64,000 bases of DNA from Mustelus asterias (taxonomy: Eukaryota). Numbering within the stretch: position 1 is the stretch's first letter; each line of letters starts with the position of its first letter. The notes under the pieces are model-generated. The model worked only from the letters and a program-made list of their open reading frames with translations, did not search any database and was not told the DNA's origin. A program made the translations under genes and the position numbers. Location: the NCBI RefSeq assembly GCF_964213995.1, contig NC_135812.1, positions 81,220,001 through 81,284,000 on the forward strand. Reading direction: 5' to 3'. Of the stretch, positions 22,981-34,410 are shown piece by piece.

Positions 22981-25145
22981 CATTCGCTCTGGATATTTAT
23001 AGGAATCCAAATTCGAGCGGGAGCATTTGCTCATACATTTTTACAATACTTAAAAAGTGGCGGGATTCTTTAATTGCTGCCCTGAAGATTTCGATTCGAA
23101 CAGATTAACACTAAGAATATGTATCCTATCCGGTCAGGAAGTTCCCTGGTAGACTTTGTCAATTTGCATCTGTATGGTGTGTGTCCGTGTTAATGGGACT
23201 GTCTTTTCTTGTCCCGGTGTTTTAATGTGTTTCCCATTATCCTCTCGATGTGTCCCCTTATCTAAATCGACCTCCGATGTTTGTGTCTGTATTCTATTCT
23301 TGCGAGATTAGGTGTTAATGTCATTTTGTCCTGCTGTGTGTAGGGGGATTTAATCTAATCTTTTATTCTTTTTATCCTGGTTTATTAAGTTTCTTTGCCT
23401 GCCTTGGCCATTTTATTCCCATAATATTTTATTTACAGTACAGTTGTGCCATATATCCCACTGCCAGGTCTTGACTCGCAGATATCCCGATCTTCTGGCC
23501 AAGGGCCGTTTTAAAATGCAGCTTCGTGCTGTTGCTGGGCAGAATAAGGATCTTCTGTCAAATTTGAATTAAAGGTCTCTCAGCTGTGCAGAGGGGGATT
23601 TAAACTAATGTCCATTCGGGTGTTCCCCTCTGAATTGTGGGCACATTATGAATGGTGCCAATCAGTCCAATAAATGAATATGTTTAATGAGGTGACTATT
23701 GATGAGATAATAAAAATATGGCTTTGGAAAATGGCCTACTTCATTGCTATCTATCTACCAGCGAAAGAAAGATGCTGGAGCTTGTAAATGTAAACTATTC
23801 TCTATCTCCATCAACTAATGTTGCATTTTGCACCTAATAGATATGTGTGAACAGGAACTTTATTGCAAAGTTTTTAAAATATCTGTTCTCATGTTTACTG
23901 CTTGTTTCCGTTTTCCTGTAACTCCATCCACAAAATTGAATTGCAGTGCACAGCATTGTAAGCAGTTAACAGACACACAAAACCAAGCATTCCTGGTCAG
24001 ATGGTCAAAGATTTACCCAAATTATGGAGGTACCCTCGATTCACAGGCACCACGTCCAGGTCAAGGGGAAAACATATAACTCATACTCAAAAATGAATCA
24101 TTTTGCAAAGGTGTGAAGGTCGTCGATGAAGAAGGCTTGATCAGTTTGACAGATGGAGGAATCTATTCCCAAGAATGAAATACAACCTGTGCATATCATA
24201 TCAAATCCAACTTGTCTTGCCACCCTAAAATAACTTTCCAAAATTGAAAGGTCCCATGGGTTTTTGTTTGTTGACTTTAATGTGCCCAATTCAGGGACAC
24301 ACTTGCATGTACAATTATTCTGCTTCAGTTTTACAACCATTGAAAAGCTAGAATACATTATAATTTCAGAAGCTGAGGAGCATTTGCCTATCTAATAGCA
24401 ATTTAAGTGTATGCAGACTTCAAATGAGTTCATCCCACTATGCATAGCACATTTCTGCTTATCCTTTACACAGATCCAGCTGTGGTCTGGGCTCGGTAGA
24501 GGGCTGCCAATTAGTGGCAGCCTGCAGGGAAGTATAGGAAAGCAATAAAAACGAGTATTGGGAAATAGCTTTGACAGATTGGCACCATGCCATGATGAAA
24601 TGGCTCAAAGATAGAACTTTAAATTTGCCTAGAAGGAATTATATGTCATGATGTTGAAATAACGAACCTGTATGCTTTTAAATAAGGACTGCAGTGGACA
24701 TTCCTCCAAGGAAAATGCTAATTGCCTCAGCCTTGTCAGCAGCAACCACAATAAACAACCTCTGACTGCTCCAGGTTTAAATGAAAACGTTGCAAATTAA
24801 CATTCAGCAGCAACCTTTTACAGTGTTGAAAATCCTCTCTGTATTGTTTTAATTTTGGACAGCTGGTACACTCTGAAAGACCGAAAACAGAGCGGAAAAT
24901 GTCATTTTGATACACTTAATATTTGTTGCTGTTTCAATCTATGTTCAGAATTGGAATGCAATGAAGTGTGTTATTGAACTAATTTGTGTGCATGATTGAG
25001 CTTTTTAGTGCTGAATGTTTGTGAGAAGGATATAAGTATATCACATGGCCTGGTAGCTACAGCAACTGAATATTGGAATCACAACTTGATTTAACATTTG
25101 AATTTTAGTTCTTCAGCTAGTGTCCATCTTTCCAGGTGAGGAGGT

Positions 25146-25430
25146 TTAAGTTTATTTATTAGTGTCACAAGTAGGTTTACATTAACACTTCAATTAAGTT
25201 ATTGTGAACCCCCCAATCATTAAATCAACTTGAGTGAGAATTTAGCACAGCTAATACACCTAACCAGCATGCCTTTGGGACTATGGGAAGAAACCGGAGC
25301 ACCTGGAGGAAACCCACGCCAACACTGGGAGAATGTGCAGACTCCACACAGAGTGACCCAAGCCGGGAATCAAATCCAGGTCCCTGGTGCTGTGAGGCAG
25401 CAGTGCTAACCACTGTACCATCGTGCCGCC
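25146..25430 (-). mobile_element. V-SINE, short-tail subfamily
   Basis: aagtttatttattagtgtcacaagtagg...gctaaccactgtaccatcgtgccgccc. Confidence 0.9.
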
Positions 25431-25836
25431 CTGGTGAATTAGCAGACAGGATCCCATCCTATGATGCTCGTGAAATGAGGTTGGAATGGGAATGAAGAGG
25501 CCAACTTAACTAACTGAAGGAGCATATCTTGAGCCAGTAATCATGAAACTGATTTGGGAAGAAAAAGTGTATATTTTTTTAAATGAGGAATGCAGTACTA
25601 AACAGGCCCAATCTAGAGAATAACCATTAGAATTTGAAGCTGGAAGTAAATCGTAAATCATCCCAGATCTTATTGATTCCAGTAAAGGAGATGGTGAAGC
25701 TATCATTTAATTTGGAGGCTATGGAAAATAAATGGATTGTTTGTGAAGCTTCAGTTAATTGAAAGATTTTGATCGGTAAAATTAAACAACTATGGTAACT
25801 TAAAACTGCCATTTAGCCATTGTATTGAAAGACATA

Positions 25837-26378
25837 CTGTGAGCAATTTTGGGCCCCACACCTCAGGAAGGACATACTGGCACTGGAGCGGGTCCAGCGG
25901 AGATTCACACGGATGATCCCGGGAATGGTAGGCCTGACATACGATGAACGTCTGAGGATCGTGGGATTGTATTCATTGGAGTTTAGGAGGTTGAGGGGAG
26001 ATCTGATAGAAACTTACAAGATAATGAACGGCTTAGATAGGATGGACGTAGGGAAGTTGTTTCCATTAGCAGGGGAGACTAGGACGCGGGGGCACAGCCT
26101 TAGAATAAAAGGGAGTCACTTTAGAACAGAGATGAGGAGAAATTTCTTCAGCCAGAGAGTGGTAGGTCTGTGGAACTCATTGCCACAGAGGGCTGTGGAG
26201 GCCGAGACGTTGAGCGTCTTCAAGACAGAAATTGATAAATTCTTGATTTCTCGAATTAAGGGCTATGGGGAGAGAGGGGGTAAATGGAGTTGAAATCAAC
26301 CATGATTGAATGGTGGAGTGGACTCGATGGGCCGAATGGCCTTACTTCCGCTCCTATGTCTTATGGTCTTATGGTCTT
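25837..26378 (+). mobile_element. Young 5'-truncated CR1 (HER1-like) LINE
   Basis: Open ORF2 C-terminus 25913-26293 (LYSLEFRRLRGDLIETYK, TRGHSL, FFSQRVVGLWNSLP); (tatggtct)n tail; candidate TSD ACATA at 25832-25836 and 26379-26383. Confidence 0.9.
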
Positions 26379-26654
26379 ACATATAATTTATAAAGTATAA
26401 ATCAGTACTAAAATTATTGCTAAAGAACAAAAAATCAGCAGAGTCAAATTTAACTAAGAACATTTTGATTCTCTACAGTCACTGTGACTTTGTGGGGTTG
26501 TAAGCAAGGAATATTTAGTTCAAAGTGGATGTGTGATCGAGATCCATGATTTATTATTCCAGATTTTCTTCAAATAAACAGCACTATGAAAGCAAAATGC
26601 AGATTGATTGGAAAAGGTTGCTGAGTGGTTAAGTTAGTCAATCTATATAGTTGC

Positions 26655-26795
26655 ATTAAAGAAGGCAAATGGTATGTTGGCCTTCATAGCGAGAGGATTT
26701 GGGTATAAAGAAAGGGATATTATGCTGCAATTGTATGGGGTGTTGGTGAAGCCATGTCTGGAGTATTGTGTGCAGTTTTGGTGTCCTCACCTGAG
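26655..26795 (+). mobile_element. CR1 ORF2 fragment
   Basis: KKANGMLAFIARGFGYK...LVKPCLEYCVQFW. Confidence 0.8.
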
Positions 26796-27539
26796 GTCAA
26801 TAGCATTGAGAGTCTATGACTGCACTGTATGGCTTCATTCCAACCATTGAATTGTTGCTGATCTGATCTAGTCAGATTAATCGCAGATAAATTGATATTT
26901 GCCTCAATTGAGAGTAGCACAGTGTCCCTCCATGACCCCAATACTGATTTTCATCTTATCTGATGTCCCACTTCATGAGTCCAATCAACCTTGCTGTAGG
27001 AAAGTAAACCAGCAAACAGATTAGTGTTGTTGTATCAATCTGTATAATTGAGTTTAAGAACTGCAAAAGGCTGTCACTGTTCACTCTGCGATTGACATAT
27101 TTTGTCTACAAAATACATATACTCACATCACTGTATACATACCCTTGTCTTAGATTCAAAACTGAAGCATTTATACATTTCCGATACACTCCCAAAATTC
27201 TAAAGAGTTAATAAAGTAATTTTGTCAAATTACACTTCAAAAACAGAAAATACATATGTCAGTCCATGAGAACCAATCTTGAACTGTAAATGTTTGGTTG
27301 ATTTAATGATTGGCAACACGCCAACTTCAAGACTTTTAAAGCCACTCACTTGATGCTAACCCTGCTGCGACTGGTAAGTCCCTCAATATGACATTAAACG
27401 TGGCTGAGAAGTACGAACAAAATGCTGACTGGTGTTACATCCAGGGACCTGGTTTACCCCTTCAGTGTAGGATCAGGGCTGCCCTGTTTTAGATGCCACT
27501 AGATACCCTCTGCTTGTTGACTGCAATTTCAAAAGAAAG

Positions 27540-27905
27540 GAAGACTTGCATTCACACAGACAACATTATATTGTCGGAAATGCAGTTGCTAATTTGCGAG
27601 CAACAAACTCCCACAAAACAGCAATGTGATACTGACCAGGTGATGTGTTTGTTTTTAATGTTGATTGAGAGAAGACTATTGGACAGGGCATTGGGAAACA
27701 ACCCCTCTTTTTCAGACTAAATCATCCATGGGGCTGTTTACATCCACTGAGAAGGCAGCCTGGTCCTTTGTTTAATGTCTCGTGGTATTTCTGCCAGTAG
27801 AGCACTCCCTACACTGGAGTGTCAAGTCCTGGAGTTGGACCTGAACCCAAAACCCTGTAAGTCAGAATTAAGAGTGGTACCAACCGAACCACAGCTGATA
27901 CCTCT
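27540..27905 (-). mobile_element. DeuSINE-like element
   Basis: catccactgagaaggcag...gtttaatgtctc...agcactccct (Deu domain, reverse) and a tRNA-like head near 27830-27900. Confidence 0.65.
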
Positions 27906-27997
27906 GAAGTGCAGTAGTTGTACAAGGACAATGAGAAACTGGCCTTCAGAAACGGTTGCTAAGAAACAGCATTAAAAAATGCAATAAACTTCCAGAT

Positions 27998-28338
27998 TAT
28001 AGAATCCTACAGTGCAGAAAGAGGCCATTCGGCCCATCACATCTGCACTGACTCTCTGACACAGCATCTTTCCCAGGCTCTATCCCCGTAACCCCATGCA
28101 TTTACCCAACACATCTAACCTACTAACCTACACATCTTGGGACACTAAGGGGCAATTTAGCCTGGTCAATCAACCTAACCTGCGTATCTTTGGAATGTGG
28201 GAGGAAACTGGACCCAGACGAAATCCACACAGGCACAGGGAGAATTTGCAAACCCCACACTGTGACCCAAGGCCATAATTGAACCCAGGTCCCTGACGCT
28301 GTGAGTCAGCAGTGCTAACCATTGTGCCACCATACTGC
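27998..28338 (-). mobile_element. HE1-type V-SINE
   Basis: tagaatcctacagtgcagaaagaggccattcggccc...gctaaccattgtgccacc. Confidence 0.9.
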
Positions 28339-28446
28339 ACTGATTAGTGGAAGTGTTTTCAAACTGTATTTAGACCAAAGCATTGAGTGTTATTTGCACT
28401 TGAACTTGGGGCAGGATTAATTCCACTTCCCAAAATCATGCAATGA

Positions 28447-28730
28447 TAATAAAAACAGAAAGTGCTGAAAAACTCAGAGCACTTCTGAAGAAGAGTGATA
28501 TTGAACTTGAGATGTTCAAAGACATTTTATGGCCTCGCTCATCCCGAAACCGTAAAATCCCACCCGAGGTGGGACCTTCCTATTGTCCGCCACTCGCCCA
28601 CTCCGATTCCCACAGCAGGTGGGATGGTAAAATTCTGGCCGTTAACTCTATTCCTCTCACCACAGGTGCTGCCAGACCTGCCAAGTTTTTCAAACACTTA
28701 GTTTTGCATGACCTGAAATAAAAACAGATT
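28447..28730. mobile_element. Penelope pLTR with an inverted partial copy, interrupted by a ~125-bp MITE (about 28517-28640)
   Basis: aaaaacagaaagtgctgaaaaactc inverted against gtttttcaaacacttagtttt; ctgaagaagag...gtt[insert ending aaaattctggcc]gttaactct. Confidence 0.6.
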
Positions 28731-28799
28731 TAGACCTGAAGATAATGTTACATTCTGACAGTGTAGGACACGTTTGATGGACCAGCTTGTCTTTTCCAT

Positions 28800-30365
28800 T
28801 GGGTGGACATAACGGGCTACAAGATGAAGGCATGTAAAATCATCGGCTCCAATGCACCTCACCTCTCCCTGATGAGCTCAATGCATCCTGTGCCTGTTTT
28901 GAGCAAGAGATCAGCAAGAGCATGCCCTCCACCCTGGATGAAGCTGTATCTGAGGTCACCATTGCAGATGTCAGAGCAGCTTTCTTGAAGGTCAACCCAC
29001 GGAAAGCACCTGGCCCGGATGGGGTGCCCGGACATGCACTCCGATCCTGCGTGGATCAGCTGGTGGAGGTATTCTCAAACATCTTCAACCTCTCTTTACA
29101 ACAATCTGAGGTCCCTATCTGCTTCAAGAAGATGACCATCATCCTGGTACCTAAGAAAAACAAAGCAGCGTGCCTTAATGACTATCGGCCGGTGGCTCTA
29201 ACATCCATCATTATGAAGTGCTCAGAAAGGTTAGCGATGGGATGAATCAATTCCAGCCTCCCAGACTACCTGGACCCACTACAGTTTGCCTACTGCCGCA
29301 ACAGGTCCACAGCAGACACCATTTCCTTGGCCCTGCACTCAACCCTAGAACACCTAGATAACAAGGATACCTATGTCAGACTCCCATTTATTGGCTACAG
29401 CTCAGCTTTCAACCCTATTATTCTCACGAAACTCATCTCCAGACTCCATGGCCTGGGCCTCGGCACCTCCCTCTGCGACTGGATCCTGAACTTCCGAACT
29501 CAGACCACAATCATTTAAGGATAGGCAACAACACCTCCTCCATGATCATCCTCAACACGAGTGCCCCACAAGGCTGTGTTCTCAGCCCTCTGCTATACTC
29601 CTTGTACACCTATGACTGTGTGGCCAAATTCCCCTCCAATTCGATTTTCAAGTTTGCTGACAATACCACCTTAGTGGGTTGGATCTCAAACAATGACGAG
29701 ACAGAGTACAAGAATGAGAGAGGGAATCTGGTAAACTGGTGTGGCAACAATAATCTCTCCCTCAATGTCAACAAAACAAAGGAGATTGTCATCGACTTCA
29801 GGAAGCATAAAGGAGAACATGCCCCTGTCTACATCAATGGGGACAAAGTAGAAAGGGTCGAGAGTTTCAAGTTTTTAGGTGTCCAGATCACCAACAACCT
29901 GTCCCGTTCCCCCCACCCCCCCCTCCCCCCCCATGCCGACACTATAGTTAAGAAAGCCCACCAACGTCTCTACTTTCTCAGAAGACTAAGGAAATTTGAC
30001 ATGTCAGCTATAACTCTCCAACTTTTACAAATGCATCATAGAAAGCATTCTTTCTGGTTGTATCAAAGTCTTGGCAAAGCAGCCAGCATAATTAAGGATC
30101 CCGGACATACACTCTTCCACCTTCTTCCTTCGGCAAAAAGATACAAAAGTCTGAGGTCACGTACCAACCGACTCAAGAACAGCTTCTTCCCTGCTGCTTG
30201 CCTTGCATTAAGTTGACCTTTCTCTACATCCTAGGTATGACTGTAACACTACATTTTGCACTCTCTCATTTCCTTCTATGAATGGTATGTTTTGTCTGTA
30301 TAGCGCGCAAGAAACAATACTTTTCACTGTATGCTAATACATGTGACAGTAAAAAATCAAATCAA
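28800..30365 (+). mobile_element. 5'-truncated Rex1/Babar LINE with a disrupted RT
   Basis: KAPGPDGVPG, NDYRPVALTS, SAPQGCVLSPLLYSLYT, FADNTT, SFKFLGVQI, RLYFLRRL; aatcaaatcaaa tail. Confidence 0.92.
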
Positions 30366-30559
30366 AGGGTGTGAAATATGGGCTGATCTTTGCATGGGTT
30401 TTCCAAAAGAAACTGGTTTAAACCACGGGCACTTTGAAATTGTCAATGGATTGTACTGTATAACATTACTGTCCTTATTTTATTTCTGTGAATTAAATTT
30501 TTAAGCAAATCTCATTAATAGTTTGCCCTGTGCAAGTGGAGGGCACCCAACTTATTCTC

Positions 30560-31745
30560 CAGTAAGAATGCAAAGTAAGCAAAATCTACATTGATTTTAG
30601 GAAGGCTTTTGACAAGGTCACACATGGCAGACTGGTCAGAACAGTAAAAGTCCGGGATCCAAGGGAAAGAAGCAAGTTGGATCCAAAGTTGGCTCAGTTG
30701 CAGAGAATGGGTATGGTTTACAGCTGTTTTTGTGACTGGCTGTTTCCTGTGGTATTCCACAGGGCTTAGTACTAGGTTCCTTGCTTCCCATGGTGCCTAT
30801 CAATGATTTAGACTTAAACGTACAGGGTACAATTAAGAGATTTGCAGAGGATGCAAAAAGGTTATGTGGTTTGTAGTGAGGTAGAAAGCTATAAACTGCA
30901 GAAAGATTCCAATGGACTGGTCAAATTGGCAGAAAAGTTGGCAGATTGAATTCAGTCTGCAGATAATGCATTGGGGAACATAAGGTGACATACAATAAAT
31001 GGGAGGGTACTGAGAGATGTAGAGAAAAAGAGAATTGTAGTGCACATTTATAGATTGCTTAAAATATTAGGACAGATAGAGAAGGTAATTAAGAAAGCAA
31101 ACCGGATTATTTTCTTCATTAGCCGAAGCATGGAATATAAAACAGGGAGGCCATGCTAGAACTGTTTAATACTAGTTAGGCCAAAAGTAGAGTACTGTGT
31201 ACAGTTCTGATTACCACGACTGGAATTCTCCAGCCATTCACACCCGCCTCCGCTGCAAGCGAAGATGGAAAAATTGGCGTTCAGCCCAATCTCCGTTCAC
31301 TGCAGCAGAACCAGAGAATCCCACTGGCATGAATGGCTGGAGAGTTCCATCCCATATTACAAACAGAGGAGACTGAGGGGAAAATTAATTGAGGTGTATA
31401 AAATTGTAAGGGGCCTAGATGGAGGTAATAAGAAAGAGCTGTTTTCCTTAGCGGAGTGGTCTATAACTAGGAAACATAGATTTAGCACAATTGGCAGAAG
31501 GATTATTGGAGAGTGAAGTTTTTCTTTCAACAAGAGCATGGTCAGAGTCTGAAACTCCCTGCCGAAAGCAAAGGTAAAGGCAGAACCCTCATTGCATTGG
31601 GAAACTACTAGGATATGCATTTGAAGTGCTGGAACCTGCACTGCTTTGAACCAAGACTGCAAAGCGGGCTTAGGTAGGATTTCTCTTTTTCGGTTAGCAC
31701 AGGCTCGATGGGCTGAATTGCATCCTTCTGTTCAGTAACTTTTCT
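30560..31745 (+). mobile_element. Degraded CR1 LINE RT and 3' end containing a MITE at about 31218-31352
   Basis: DFRKAFDKV, GIPQGLVLG, FAED, RRLRGKLIEVYK; MITE TIRs ctggaattctcc / ggagagttccat. Confidence 0.8.
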
Positions 31746-32409
31746 ACATTTCCTTAAATTTGTTTTTAGGCATGTTAGAGTGGTGGGAGATAATGACTAG
31801 TTATGAGTCATGTTATTTCAGTGCAGCAGAGTAACACATGCAGCTTTTATATTCAAAGAGACATTATCTGTTTTAAGAGCCAAGCCCTTCACTTGAAAAA
31901 CATATATAGCAAAAGGTATGAATCATAACATGAGGAAATCCAACTTGTCCAGCTGAATATAATTATAAAAACTTTCACATTGTGCCTTCTCTCAGCTTCA
32001 GCTTTAAACACTGTTTGTATTGTAGCTCACCTGACCAGTTCCTTCTTTAACTTTTATATTCATCTCTGCCCTTTGATTTCCCTGTGAAGCTGTACTTGGG
32101 GAAAAGTTCATTCGTTTAGTCCTTGATTAATTAACTTGCTCCCATATATTGCTTTCCTTTCTTGTGCTAAAGCCTGTCCCAATGGAAAAAAAATCGTGAT
32201 GCGATAATGTGATTCATTTCTTTCACACCAAATGTAGAATAATAATTACATCGAGTAAATGAACTGCTTTGACTTTTTTTAAATAGATGAAACTGGCAGT
32301 TCAAACCTTGTTGCATGAGATTAAAGACAATTGTTCTAATTACAATTATCCATTCGATAAATAGAAGTTGCTTTTAGTTTTAGGGGTGATTCCATGATCT
32401 GGCCTTCTC

Positions 32410-32602
32410 AACTTTGACAAAGAGTCCTATCCAGACTCAAAGAACAAAGAAAATTACAGCACAGGAACAGGTCCTCCAGCCCTTCAAACCTGCACCGGTT
32501 GGTTCTATTCTGTCACTGAAGATGCTCTCAGATCTGCTGAGATTTTCCAGCATTTTCAGTTTTTGTTTCGGATTCCAGCATCCACAGTAATTTGCTATTA
32601 CC
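32410..32602 (+). mobile_element. Penelope-like pLTR fragment interrupted by a short CR1 tail (32440-32498)
   Basis: tgacaaagagtcctatccagactc...gatgctctcagatctgctgagattttccagcatttt. Confidence 0.55.
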
Positions 32603-32647
32603 TGGCCGCCTTAGTTGGATGCATTAAGTTACTGATTCACAGATTAT

Positions 32648-32913
32648 AAGAACAAAGAAAAGTACAGCACAGGGACAAGCCCTTTGGCCCTCCGAGCCTG
32701 TGCCGATCATGGTGCCCTAACTAAGCTAAAGAAAAAACTTCTGCCCTTACTCAGTTCGTATCCCTCTATTCCTTCCCTATTCATGTACCCATCCAGACAC
32801 CACCTATTCGTTGCTAAAGAGCCTGCTCCCACCACCTCCTCTGGCAGCATGTTCCAGGCACCGACCACTCTGTGTAAAAAAACTTCCCCCGCACATCTCC
32901 CTTAAACTTTCCC
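32648..32913 (-). mobile_element. CR1 LINE 3' end (host of the Gypsy insertion)
   Basis: aagaacaaagaaaagtacagcacagg tail; continues at 37325. Confidence 0.85.
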
Positions 32914-33152
32914 TGAAGCGCTATCAATTAGGCAAAAGACTACTTGTGTGCCAATACAACTGTAGGCTTTTATTCATTACAGAATTAGGAGCACATCCCA
33001 ACAGGTAACCGACCCAGGCTGAGCAAGGGGGGGGAGACAGCCACCTTTATACTAGGTGACAAGGGGAGGAGCCGGCAGGGGATGTGTCCAGGCGTGACAA
33101 ACACGACAACGGTGGTCCAGACAGGACAAAGGCGCAACTGTAGTCCACCACA
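32914..33152 (-). repeat. 3' LTR (239 bp)
   Basis: TG...CA ends; minus-strand TATAAA and AATAAA; direct repeat of 37114-37324. Confidence 0.95.
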
Positions 33153-33166
33153 TTCACCCCTCCTTT
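33153..33166 (-). other. Polypurine tract
   Basis: Minus strand AAAGGAGGGGTGAA abuts the 3' LTR and is preceded by a U-run. Confidence 0.85.
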
Positions 33167-33198
33167 AAAAAAAAAAACGGGGTGAAGCGGAAACAATG

Positions 33199-34410
33199 TC
33201 ACAAGTTCAGACGATCTGGTGGCTTGATCCGCCGTCGCGATCGTCGTAGTGCAGGTTGCAGAGTCGTCCGAGCAAGGAGCGGAGTCAGCCCAGGCACTGA
33301 GCGTCGAGAGGAGGCGCCAGGTGGTGTGAGGCGGAACCATCCATTGTCCCGTCCAGTAGTCGGGTACTGCGTGGCGACGGCACCGGCGACTCAAGCGAGC
33401 TGTACATAGGGGTGAGGGAAGTGAGCTGTGGCCCTGGTGGTGTATGGAGAACAGAGGGAACTGGGGCTGGGGGGCGGAGGGACGTAGTGGGCTCTGGGCG
33501 CACAACACAAGGGACTGGGACAGTGGGGCGGAGGGACGTGGTGGCCTCAGGGGCACCTGCGGGTGCCAAGTCACAGACAGAGACTGTATCCTCCTGCCCA
33601 TCAGGGTATGCCACGTAAGCATATTGAGGATTAGCATGTGGCAATTGGACCCTCTCGACCAAGGGGTCTGCCTTATGGGTCCGGACATGCTTCCGAAGCA
33701 GAACGGGCCCAGGGTACATCAGCCAAGCTGGGAGCGAGGTACCCGAGGAGGACTTTCTGGGGAAAGTGAACATCCGCTCGTGAGGGGTCGTATTGGTCGT
33801 TGTACACAAGAGTGACCTAATTAATTGAATGGAGTGCATCCGGGAGGACGTCTTGCCAATGGCTGACTGGAAGGCCCCTAGAGTGTAGCGCTAATAGAAC
33901 AGCCTTCCAGACAGTTGTGTTCTCCCGCTCCACTTGACCATTACCCCTGGGGTCATAGCTAGTGGTGCGGCTGGAGGCAATGCCTTTGGCGAGCAGGTAC
34001 TGCCTCAGCTCGTCGCTCATGAATGAGGACCCACGGTCGCTATGAACATAGGATGGAAAACCGAACAGGGTGAAGAGCGTGTTCAGGTCTGAATCACCGT
34101 AGCCGTGGTCATGTCCGGGCAGGGGAAGGCAAAAGGGAAACGCGAATATTCATCGATGACATTCAGAAAATAAATATTGCGGTTAGAGGAAGGGAGGGGG
34201 GCCTTTAAAATCAATGCTGAGGCGCTCAAACGCGCGAGTGGCCTTTATAAGGTGCGCCCTACCTGGCCGATAGAACTGCGGCTTGCACTCTGCGCAGACC
34301 CTGCATTGCCTCGTAACCGACCGGACTTCCTCGAGGGAGTAGGGCAGGTTACGGGCTTTGACAAAGTGGAAAAATCTGGTGACACCCGGGTGATAGAGAT
34401 CATTATGGAG
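33199..34410 (-). pseudogene. Integrase (frameshifted), no chromodomain
   Basis: HHCC (LHNDLYHPG...CRVCAEC), DFKGP, HSDRGSSFMS, GNGQVER; P/S/T-rich tail ending RRSRRRIKPPDRLNL*. Confidence 0.9.

Noticed and set aside
23040-23340. Faint resemblance to a Polinton/adintovirus minor capsid
   Set aside because: It needs several frameshifts and rests on a few residues; not supportable without a profile search
24111-24178. Possible terminal exon (ag|GTGTGAAG... GVKVVDEEGLISLTDGGIYSQE*)
   Set aside because: Weak polypyrimidine tract, no recognisable protein and no partner exons
33047-33688. 213-aa ORF as an extra env-like gene of the Gypsy element
   Set aside because: It is an alternate frame overlapping the integrase C-terminus and 3' LTR, with no signal peptide or TM architecture
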